Assembly: GCA_032718475.1 (NCBI GenBank)
Contig: JAUCBJ010007761.1
Coordinates: 1-61,197, forward strand
Origin: Nemertoderma westbladi
Taxonomy: Eukaryota > Animalia > Xenacoelomorpha
Direction of reading: 5' to 3'
DNA length: 61,197 nt
This document shows positions 13,306 to 24,549 of the stretch, in pieces (the first letter of the stretch is position 1; every line of letters starts with the position of its first letter). The notes below the pieces were generated by a model. That model worked only from the letters and a program-made list of their open reading frames with translations. It had not been told where the DNA came from and searched no databases. Position numbers and translations under genes: made by a program.

Positions 13306-15015
13306 AGCTGCTATATGAGTTTATCAATATTATAATGAGTTTATAATTAGGCTAGCGGGCGTCGCTGCCTACCCCTCATGGCCCCCGGACAGCGCAAGAT
13401 CCTCAGCGCCGATGTACTTTCGCCGATATGCCTATCGCCAACATAGTAGCTGCACAACGACCACAACAACCAGCGCGAGTCACTCCACTGTCCGTCCCAA
13501 GGGCTAAGATTTACTTCGGGTTATTACTGCAGAGTTAGGGGTACTTTCACAATTGCGACTCGCTACTGTAAATACACTTTAGTAGTAACATTCACCTATA
13601 AACGCACAAATTCCACACAACTGTCACAAACCGCACACATTCGGGCCATTTGTCCAGTTAGTCAAGTGCCTTCTAGAATGCCACGTTATTATTATTGGGT
13701 ATCCTTGGATACTAGCAGTGTGCTATTTATTCCTTATGCTATTCAATGGGGCAAGCCTTTATTGTGCTTTTAACTCACTTCTAATTCTAGTGTGGTTGTT
13801 GCCATGGTGACATTATGGAAAGCTAGCGGTAGAATTAGGGTAATTCCCATGCATACAGATCTGGGATGCTATTTAATAGTAATTCTTTAATTGTCAATAT
13901 CTCCCTTATACATGATTTTATGAATTTTATCGGCTATTGACTATATATTGGAGATTCTCGCACACTAATACACTTAATAGGGTGAATCTCCGCTCCCATG
14001 ATCTATTAATTAATGGAATTTTGGGAATATTATAAATTGTATAAAATAACAATTTATCAAATTCATTAAAAGAAATGAATTGAAATTTATTCCCGTAAAT
14101 TTTATTATTTAATATTAAAATAGACACTATTTTATTCCAGAACATATCTGGGGACTGGGATCCTTGATTCTAGGAAATTTGTCCTTTTAAGAGTATCGGT
14201 AAGTGCTACGATATCTTAATTGACTAGAATTTTAAAGGATCTAAATTTTGACAGATTTTAATTTATAGATTTTCTAGAGTTAACTTGTAAGTAGTTACTC
14301 TATTGTATTTGTTTGACAGATTTTACAAATATTAATAGTTAATATTTAAGATGGGCACCGGTTTATTCCAGAACATGTCTGGGGACGTTAACCATTGATT
14401 CTAGAATTTTGTCTTTTAAGTATATTGGTGGGTGCCGCAATATCTTAATCGACTAGAATTACAGATGGTCAAAGGGTTTAACAGATTTATTTGCGTTGTA
14501 CGCTACTGTTAAAGGGACATCACGCTACTATATGTATTATTTAATATATGGTATGAGAGCAATATCGCAAGAAGCAATGTCAGTGAGAAGAGGCACTTCG
14601 TTTCCAAGGTCTACCCAGAGCTTGGTTTAGCCGAGACACAAGGATCTGAATTTTGCATTCCTAATACTCTACTTACCAATAATACTTTAATATAGTAGGA
14701 GCTTTATTGTACTTTAATAAGTACGGACATTTCATCTTACTGTAGTCACGTATTTATAATATAATACGGACAGTAAGGAAAGAGAAAAAGAATTATTTCT
14801 CGCCGTCGCACAAAATATATAATATATAAGTAATTAAGTAATAAACGCGAATATATATATGGCACTAATCTACTAAATAATCGCTAAAATAACATTCTAC
14901 TAAATAAAATTAAAGAAAACGATTATAATAAAATTACATAATAATACATACCTAAATATAAAAATAATGAAGACAGATATAAAATAATATAGTCACACAC
15001 CCACTCCAGACGCTG

Positions 15016-15816
15016 TCACGTTGGGGAGTCCCTAGATGTTTGTTGGATTAGGGAGGTGGTCGTGGGAAGAGTATCTTGCCTTCCATAGTTTCCGGAGAGT
15101 TCTCTGTCTCTTTCCAGTAAACATAAACGACCAACTGGGCGATTGAGCTGCTGCTTCTCGAAGACAATTCCCGGTTTCTTAAAGTTGTGTCGCATGACAA
15201 CGAGTTCTACCGATCGCACTAAACCGTCATCCGAGATGTGAGTCTCGATGATGCGACCTGTCTGCCACCGCTTACGTGGAAGATCTGAATCTACAATAAG
15301 GACCATGTCTCCAGCGCTGATGTTTTCTTGCTGCGCAAACCACTTAGTTCGAAGTTGTAGCGTGGGCAGATAATGTTTTTCGAAATGGTCAGCGAAGCGA
15401 CGGGATAAAAACTGCATAAGTTGCCAAGTTTGCTGGCAGTATTCGTCTCCGTCCGTGATTTCCGATCGTGGGAGCATGGCTACAGGTTTCTTCAGTAGGA
15501 AGTGCGCGGGTGTTAGCGCTTCCAGGGAATCGGGACTCGATGAGACTGGCATAAGCGGTCTCTCGTTGAGATAGGCGGCGATTTCCTCTATTAACGTCCG
15601 CAAAAGTTCGTCGGTGAGATACGTGCGGCACGGCACTATGAAGTGAAATGCAGTCTTCACGCTTCTGATTAATCTCTCCCAACTTCCTCCCCACCAAGGG
15701 GCGTCGGCGGCGTTGAAGGTCCAGCTAGACGCTGTTAACCTTAGCTGATCGTCCACCTGTCTTTGGTTCCAATCTTTGACGTAAGCCTTGATTTCATTGT
15801 TGGCACCAATGAAGTT
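15016..15816 (-). pseudogene. BEL/Pao integrase C-terminal half (nested element)
   Basis: APWWGGSWERLIRSVK, LNERPL, ALTPAHFL, YLPTLQLRTKW, GDMVL and DGLVRSVEL motifs: end of the rve core plus DUF5641-type tail. Confidence 0.92.
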
Positions 15817-16828
15817 GGATTCATCAATAGACCAATTCCACCATTGCCACTATCATCTGCTGACGCGAGGGCGAGTCGCCAACCGCCCCCCATGTCCTTA
15901 ATCAGAACCTCATCAGTCTGTCCAGTCTGCATTCGGTGCTCTTGAACACCCACTGCGCTAAGAGAAAGCTTATCTATCTGCCAAGGCAGTCAGCTCACCT
16001 TGTCGCATTGGGGACCCGAGTGTTAGGGTGTTTACTGAGGCTAGTCTTGTGACTTGCCTCAGATTCACCAATGGCTTTGTTGGTCGGGGTGGAACATGAG
16101 AGTAGCCTCCAACTCCAGAGTCCCTCTCCCCATCACTTTCTGGCCTTCCTGGTGACCCAGGGTTTGGGCCAGAAAGGTCATCAGGAAAGGGACTCAAAAA
16201 ATTGTTGGCTGCTCTCTCTCCAGTAGGGGGTGAGACAGGCAGCCGGTCAGGAGTTAACTGACGCCTGTGAGGCCTATTGTGTCCGGTAATTCCACTGGCC
16301 TCTAGTGGCCGGACCTCCGCATTGCTAATGTAATCCATAGTGGGGGTTGGGGGGTGCTTTTTTGCCGAGTCAGCTCTCGGGGCAAATACCACACCCTGGT
16401 TTGCCATTCCACAGGGTGGGTGTCGCAATGGAGTCAGATATGAGGTCCATCACCCATATCTACTCTGGCGCACATGACCCACCATTGGCTGTTGCAGCTC
16501 ATCTGCTGGGTCATACCCTGTACCCTTGCTGCCAGGTGCAGGTCTCAGTGAAGTGCTCTCAGAGTGGACATGAGAACACTCTACTCCTGACCAGCCATTG
16601 GTAGATCACCATCTGCCTGGTCAGGCCATATACCCCTGCAGCCAAGTATATGGGTCCTTAATCCAGGACCAAGGGCGTCCTTATTCTAGAACGAAGGGGG
16701 TCCTAGTTACAGGACCAGATTTGCCCTAGTAAGATGGTCTATGCAGCTACAGGTGGCACCTCCTTTATGCTGCATGGAGGTGGCAAGTTTTCTTGATCAA
16801 TGACCTAGAATACCTGACCTGACCTTAG
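15817..16828 (-). mobile_element. RTE-clade LINE 5' end (5' UTR plus start of AP endonuclease) inside the nested BEL element
   Basis: RLASVNTLTL...AVGVQEHR...GNGGIGLLM matches APE motifs I-III. GC-rich, hairpin-rich upstream region. Joined to BEL integrase at GAAGTT (~15816) and to the LTR at 16829. Confidence 0.8.
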
Positions 16829-17720
16829 ACTAAACACAACAGGATGGCTAATGATTCACGTATAAAGCGCATTCTTTAGGAGATGCTTTGTTATCTATCA
16901 CACTCATGCACACTACCGCACAATGCTGCACACCGATCTGCCGACCTTCACTAATTTTAATCATGTATAAGGAGAACAGCAACCAACACATGTAGGCCCT
17001 ATGAAATAGCATTCAATTCACTCCAAAACAACTATAATATAAGTCGCAATTGCTATATGTAACCGGTCTCTCTAACCTTCAGTATATCAAGAAGATTGGG
17101 GTTTTATGGTTATTTATCGATATTCTCCAAATATAACAATATTCCAGCAACTGATACAATTAATAACCGACAGTAAATAGCAGTAAAACAATGCGGTGAA
17201 AGGTATGTATAGCATTTGAGTCTGACCAGTTCGGTTTGTGATATGAGGTGCGATATAGTTTGATTTGATAACAGTTATACGTTACTATGATCAAAGCCGT
17301 TCTAATGTTTGGCTAAAGTCTGAAACACAGAATAATTCCACAGCCGATGTGCTGGCATCAGGAAAAAAGGTAAACATAAACCATAATGCATTGCGCGATT
17401 TCCCGGAGGTTTCTGTACAAATAAAATGAAAATCGCTCTGATTGGTCGACCAAACAAAGAACAAAGAAAAAGTTACACGTGGACATATCAGCTGATAGAT
17501 GTCGTCATCTGAACTTACACTGTATCAAGAGTATTTTGGCGTATTGCGACATAAAATCGCTAGTTATGTCCGCTAAAGTACACATACAGAAGAAATGGCT
17601 TTTTATGTCCACTAAAACACCAGTACAGTAAGGAAACGGCTTTTTATGTCCACTAAAACACCTACAGAGTACTTTGCGGGAAAAATAACCAGCTAATTCC
17701 GCAAAAGCCTTTACACACAG

Positions 17721-18190
17721 TGCAGTAGGGCCAGGATAATAGATTTACATTCCTATAATCAAAGCCGTCTAATGTTGGCCAAAGTCTGAAACTTCTAACA
17801 CAGAAGTACAGAAGAATTTCCAAGCAGTTGTTCTTGCTCAGAAAGGTAAACAAAGACCGTAATGCATTGCGCGGTTTTCCATAGGCCTGAAAATCACTCT
17901 GATTGGCTGAGCGAGCTGAACAAAGAGGTTCCACATCAACAGTAAATCAGCTGACAGATTTCGTCATCTGAACTACAATCTATTTAGAGTATTAGCGCAT
18001 TGCGGCATAAAATGGCTTGTTATGTCCGCTAAAATACCCACACAGTACATTGCGGAGAAAATGGCTTGTTATGTCCGCTAAAACACCTTCACGGTACATT
18101 GCGGAGAAAATGGCTTGTTATGTCCGCTAAAACACCTACACAGTATATTGCGGAGAAAAATGACCTGTTATATCCGCAAAAGCTTTTACA
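17721..18190 (-). repeat. 3' LTR of outer BEL element, proximal (U3) part
   Basis: Resumes exactly after the CACAG duplication, ends TTTTACA, and is followed by the PPT-like segment and the ORF3 remnant. Confidence 0.92.
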
Positions 18191-18886
18191 GCGCTCCCAG
18201 AAAATGGGATTTAATTCTATAACATATAAAAAATCACAGTTTCTAAAATATAAAAATACTCTAAACAGTTAGTCTTTCTTACACGAATGGCGTTTACGCA
18301 GTTTTTTGAGGCTAGCAAGAGTCCTTTTCTCTTTGGGGCGAGCCACTTTACTAGGAGGGCTATAACTCCTGGGTGAAGGGTGCAATACAATTGCATCAGA
18401 AGGTTTAGGATTACGGTCGGTGTATCCGCCGGTCGAGGTACTCGGTTGATCGGTATCAACCTCAGTGGAACGAGGTCGAACAACCTTCAGAGCGCGTTTC
18501 AAGACAGCAGCTCTTACTGGTCCCTGACGATTCGTCTGCACGAGAGCAGCAGGTGGACCGTGTGTAGTGAGAAATTTCCTCGGTTTGATGGTTCTTTCCG
18601 ACTCGCATTCTCGGGCTCTGTTCGATATGCTTCTCCTCGAGCTGATTTTCCTCCGCTTGTCGTTGGAAGCATTCGTCCAAAACTCTTTCAGAGAGTAGGG
18701 TCGTCCAAGTTCGATATCTTCTTAGAGGTTCTAGATTTCCCGATCGAACTGAGATAAAGCTAATTCGTTTACTGCTTGGACTTGCTGCTGCAATTTACGT
18801 TTCTCTAAACAATTGTAGGTTCCTTTTCCGATCTTTTGTCGACTAGTGTCTAACGCGTTTCGTTCAACTTTCTCCTCCACCTCGGT
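18191..18886 (-). pseudogene. 3' remnant of ORF3 region in outer BEL element
   Basis: Colinear with 11677-12375, with shared peptides DECFQRQAEENQLEEKHI and TGGYTDRNPKPSDAIVLHPSPRSYSPP. Confidence 0.85.
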
Positions 18887-20669
18887 TTCGTCCTGGAGTA
18901 GTGATGATGAAAGCATCGCTTTAAATACACGACGACCTTACAAAGCCGATTCCAGGAGCTATAGTGATTTATCACCCTATGCAGGAGAGGTGAGAGTCCC
19001 TGCGAGACGTCTGGTGTTCCAGATTTCCAGTCTCTCTTTCTGATTTCCACAACAGACTTATTTGTGGCGGGGGAGTTTAGATAGATCCACAGCGTCGTCC
19101 CCGGAAATGTGTAGTACAGACAGATCTATCACGGGTTTAAATAACTTCGATTTACTCGTCCGGGTTTTGGGTTTGACTTTCTCCGCTCCCTTGGCCTGTC
19201 TAATCTCAGCCGTGGTAAGATGAGGAGGCCATTCATCTTCTTCTTTACTTAGGAAGTCGGGTCCACCTAACCAGTCCAGAGTATCTATCAGTTCTTGAGG
19301 AGTTGCTCCTCTGGAGGCGATGTCGGCTGGATTAATCGTCCCAGGGCAATGTCTCCATTGATCTACATTAGTGCGACTAAGTATAATGGCTACTCTGTTG
19401 GTAACGAAGACGCTGAACTGACAGACTTCATTGGTTATATACTCCAAAACGAGTAAAGCATCAGTCCAATAGACAGTTTTCTCCAGTGGATAGTCGATCT
19501 GTTCTGTTACATTCCGGCCGATGGCTGTAGCATATAGAGCCGCCTTTAACTCCGCTTGAGGAACTCGTAGTTTGTTGTTTATCAAGGCCTTAGAGGTAAC
19601 CAAGGCAACTTTAATTCCATCCGGAGTTTCAACCCTCAGGTAGGCTACTATACCTATTCCCATATCGCTGGCGTCTCCAAACACATGGAGTTGATAGGAA
19701 TACGTGGGGAGAACGTGACCAAAATAGGAACGGGAAATCGTAAAGTTCTCGATGGATGGCAGAGAATCTTCCCATTTCATCCACTTCTTTAGTAGTTCTC
19801 CCTTAAGTGGATTGTCCCACGAGTGGTTTTCAAGCCACATTTGTTGCACTAAGCTCCGAGCAACCAATATAACTGGGCTAATAAATCCCAATGGATCGAA
19901 ATAAGTGCTCAGGATACTTAGACAAATCCATTTAGTTCGAATTGGATTATCTCGCTGTTTTAGCTGGAAAAACAGGATATCTCTCTCCGTGTCCCATTTC
20001 AAGCCAAGCGTCTTGGTTTCTGGAAGATCGTCCTTGATTAGGTCCAGGTCTTTAACTCCTCGGTCTTCTACCGGGATCGATTCCAGAAACTCATGGGAGT
20101 TACTTGTGAATTTATTTAGTCGAAATCCACCACGTTTCAAACACTCTACCATTCCCTTGGCAACATCAATGGCTTCTTCCACCGATGGGAGGGACTTTAA
20201 ATTATCGTCCATGTATATATCCCATTTGATGTTGTCGATAACCGCTTTAGAGAAGGCGTCTCAGTTGTCATCAGCAGAGGTGCGCACTACTGAACAGGCG
20301 TTCGAGGGGCTCGAGATGATCCCAAAAGCCTGGATGGTCATCCAGTACTCCACCGGTTTTTGGTTGAGGTCTCCTTCAGGCCACCACAGAAATCATAGGC
20401 TGTCTCGATCCATATCCAGCGCCTTAACTTGTAAGAAGATGCCTTCTATATCCGAGGCGAAGGCGATCGAATATTGCCGTAATCTTAAGAGTATTCCCAA
20501 CAAGGATTGGAGTAAGTTGGGTCCCGGCAACAACTCAGAGTTAAGGGATTGGCCCATGTAAAGGGCGGAGCCGTCAAATACTACCCGAACTTCGTTGGGT
20601 TTACCGGGTTTGGGAACGTAATGATGGGTTAGATAATACGTTCTCTCAGTTATGGGTGTTTCTTCCGGT
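18887..20669 (-). pseudogene. Duplicated BEL RT-RNase H segment
   Basis: Near-identical direct copy of ~21537-23315 (YMDD, KTLGLKW, FDPLGF, LHVFGDAS, NPADIASRG). Confidence 0.93.
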
Positions 20670-23600
20670 CCGTTGAAGGTCCAGCTAGATGCTGTTACCC
20701 TTAGCTGATCGTCCACCTGTCTTTGGTTCCAATCTCTAACGTAAGCCTTGAGCTCATTATTGGCGCCAATGAAGTTCGTTCCCTTATCAGATCTCATTGT
20801 GTTGCTAGTTCCAAAACGAGCGATCTGTCGGCGTAAACTCAGTATGAAGCTGTTGGTAGATAGATCGTTCAACATATCTAGATGGATCGCTCTACAAGTC
20901 ATACAGACAAAGATGACACACCATCGTTTGACTATAGTCCTAGCACGATATACTTCAATAGGGCCAAATAAATCCACACCGGTATTAGTAAAGGGTGGTT
21001 CATAGAAGCTTACTCGTTCCCTAGGTAATTCTGCCTCTCGCTGTGTTAAAGGCCTACTGAATGCTTTCCTACAGGGTATGCAGTTCCTAAGAACTTGGTT
21101 CAGAGCTCTACGGGGATTAGGAAAATAATAGCGAGTTCGAATTTCGCTAAGAACTCGTTCTCTACCAGCATGGTAAAGCTTACTGTGAACATCTACAATC
21201 ATCTTGATTTGTATTTCAAGATTTCTAATGAGTATGGGAAACTTAGTGTCAAAGGATAATGGAGCATTAGTTAGTCTCCCTCCAACACGTATTAACCCAT
21301 CTATCATTGTGCTAGAGAAACGATCCCTCAAGCGCATCTGTGGATTTCTCAACAACAGGAAATACTTATCGGAATCTTCATAGCATTGCAGGAGTCTCAG
21401 TATCTGTTTATTGGTTTCTTCATGCTCCTGGTAACTGATCTTATCCGTTAGAAACCTATCTGATATTTTATATTTGGGAACATCTTTAATAGCATGGAAC
21501 TGCACAGATGTCAGTGGAGCGGTATCACTAGCGATCTTCGTCCTGGAGTAGTGATGATGAAAGCATCGCTTTAAATACACGACGGCCTTACAAAGCCGAT
21601 TCCAGGAGCTATAGTGATTTATCACTCTCTGCAGGAGAGGTGAGACTCCCTGCGAGACGTCTGGTGTTCCAGATTTCCAGTCAATCTCTCTCTGATTTCC
21701 ACAGCAGACTTATTTGTGGCGGGGGAGTTTAGATCCACAGCGTCGTCCCCGGAAATGTGTAGTACAGACAGATCTATCACGGGTTTAAATAACTTCGATT
21801 TACTCGTCCGGGTTTTGGGTTTGACTTTCTCCGCTCCCTTGGCCTGTCTAATCTCAGCCGTGGTAAGATGAGGAGGCCATTCATCTTCTTCTTTACTTAG
21901 GAAGTCGGGTCCACCTAACCAGTCCGGAGTATCTATCAGTTCTTGAGGAGTTGCTCCTCTGGAGGCGATGTCGGCTGGATTAATCGTCCCAGGGCAATGT
22001 CTCCATTGATCTACATTAGTGCGACTAAGTATAATGGCTACTCTGTTGGTAATGAAGACGCTGAACTGACAGACTTCATTGGTTATATACTCCAAAACGA
22101 GTAAAGCATCAGTCAAATAGACAGTTTTCTCCAGTGGATAGTCGATCTGTTCTGTTACATTCCGGCCGATGGCTGTAGCATATAGAGCCGCCTTTAACTC
22201 CGCTCAAGGAACTCGTAGTTTGTTGTTTATCAAGGCCTTAGAGGTAACCAAGGCAACTTTAATTCCATCCGGAGTTTCAACCCTCAGGTAGGCTACTATA
22301 CCTATTCCCATATCGCTGGCGTCTTCAAACACATGGAGTTGATAGGAATACGTGGGGAGAACGTGACCAAAATAGGAACGGGAAATCGTAAAGTTCTCGA
22401 TGGATGGCAGAGAATCTTCCCATTTCATCCACTTCTTTAGTAGTTCTCCCTTAAGTAGATTGTCCCACGAGTGGTTTTCAAGCCACATTTGTTGCACTAA
22501 GCTCCGAGCAACCAATATAACTGGGCTAATAAATCCCAATGGATCGAAATAAGTGCTCAGGATACTTAGACAAATCCGTTTAGTTCGAATTGGATTATCT
22601 CGCTGTTTTAGCTGGAAAACAGGATATCTCTCTCCGTGTCCCATTTCAAGCCAAGCGTCTTGGTTTCTGAAAGATCTCCTTGATTAGGTCCAGGTCTTTA
22701 ACTCCTCGGTCTTCTACCGGGATCGATTCCAGAAACTCATGGGAGTTACTTGTGAATTTATTTAGTCGAAATCCACCACGTTTCAAACACTCTACCGTTC
22801 CCTTGGCAACATCAATGGTTTGTTCCACCGATGGGAGGGACTTTAAATTATCGTCCATGTATATATCCCATTTGATGTTGTCGATAACCGCTTTAGAGAA
22901 GGCATCTCGGTTGTCATCAGCAGTGGTGCGCACTACTGAACAGGCATTCGAGGGGCTCGAGATGATCCCAAAAGCCTGGATGGTCATCCAGTACTCCACC
23001 GGTTTTTGGTTGAGGTTTCCTTCAGGCCACCACAGAAATCGTAGGCTGTCTCGATCCATATCCAGCGCCTTAACTTGTAAGAAGATGCCTTCTATATCCG
23101 AGGTGAAGGCGATCGAATATTGCCGTAATCTTAAGAGTATTCCCAACAAGGATTGGAGTAAGTTGGGTCCCGGCAACAACTCAGAGTTAAGGGATTGGCC
23201 CATGTAAAGGGTGGAGCCGTCAAATACTACCCGAACTTCGTTGGGTTTACCGGGTTTGGGAACGTAATGATGGGTTAGATAATACGTTCTCTCAGTTATG
23301 GGTGTTTCTTCCGGTACTCGCTCCGCATATCCCTTATCGATGAATTTCTTCAGCTGGGTCTTGTACATCTCTTTAGCTGAAGCATTTGCCGTAAGGCGCC
23401 GATGTAGTTGCGCGATTCTCATCTCCGCCAAAGGTCAGTTATTTATAAAGTTGGGTTCTCGCCTTCGGAATGGCAGACCAATCTCATACCTCCCTTGATC
23501 TCTAAGGAAACATGTAGTCGTTTCCTGGATCTGCTTGGCTCTTTCCTCCTCGACCGAGAGTGCTTTATCGTAGGAATTAGGCTATACAGCTTCTTGAGTA

Positions 23601-24549
23601 AAGAATCGTATGGCGTGTTCGTCGCGAATCTTAGCGTTGTGTCGATCTATCACCTCATTTAGCTCGTCGTTGTAGTCGAGTAGTCCGCCATTATGGATGA
23701 GATGGCAAAGGTGCACTTGGTTTCTCCAAGCTTCACTTTCAGTGAGGAGGTCGATTGTATTTTCCTCGTCAAACAATTGGGTAATATCGTCGTTATCTGA
23801 GGAGTATGGTGTTCCCTCAGGTGTGATTTCTCCCTCACTGATTTCTTCTTCCCATTCACTCACCTGATGTATTTGTTCAGTGGGTAATCTTTCCATGAGC
23901 GTTCTACGGGAAGGTCCAGTGAAGTACCAACCTACTCTAGTTCTTCCCGCATAGGTTTGCAATGGTTGCGGTCGAGCAGGTCGTTTCTCTAATGTCTCAA
24001 GCGCCTCATGCGCATTTTGGCCGATTAATATTTGCACCCCTGGGTAGTCGGTGTTGAATCTAGGGATATTATGTTGCTGGGTAAAATCGTCTTCATCCCA
24101 GTTCTACTTGGTTCTACTTGGTACTTACTTCTACCAGGTTCTACTTGGCTGGTAGCAAAGTTCTTTATCGCCACCATTTTTACTGACCTTATGCTGTGTT
24201 CTCCTAGTTTGTCTTGGGGAGTGGACAACGCACCTACATAGTAGTCTGTAGCTATTGTAGATTTCCAAACCTGCATAATTCCTGAAAGGTTCAACTTAGT
24301 TCGGAACTTGGGTTGTCCAACAAAGATGTCTTCGGCTAGTTCTTTGTCGATGAATGTTCCTGTGCTGCCGGAGTCCAGGAGGGCGTTGACTATAAAACTC
24401 TTAGCTAATCCGTGGACTCTTAGCTGAACTACGGGGAATTCCCGGATTCCGACGTTGGAAGTTGGCGCTTTCCAAGATGGTTGTCTGTCAGGTATAACCG
24501 GGTGCGCTTCGTTATCGGTTTCAGTCTCATACGTAAGCGCTCGATACAC
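20670..24549 (-). pseudogene. pol: BEL/Pao pol (protease, RT, RNase H, integrase N-half), frameshifted
   Basis: ALLDSGS protease; RVVFDGS/SLNSELLPGPNL and YMDD RT; DAS RNase H; H..H/C..C zinc finger, GVDLFGP and SDKGTNF integrase. Broken into ORFs 24025-24549, 23582-24037, 22646-23431, 22204-22644, 21622-22116 and 20393-21625. Confidence 0.93.

Larger units (their letters stand above)
10475..17715 (-). mobile_element. Nested BEL/Pao element (LTR variant C), gag-RT region deleted
   Basis: 3' LTR 10475-11676 and truncated 5' LTR 16829-17715 (nearly identical to 10790-11676). TSD CACAG at 10470-10474 and 17716-17720. PPT-like GGGAGTGG on the minus strand at 11677-11684. Confidence 0.93.

Noticed and set aside
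17662-17934. Recurring 83-115-aa ORF (also 30440-30787 and 31586-31837)
   Set aside because: Lies within LTR copies, is not maintained in variants A and C, and has no recognisable motif.
19905-23207. Plus-strand ORFs of 218, 85 and 175 aa
   Set aside because: Antisense to BEL pol; their recurrence is explained by the internal duplication.
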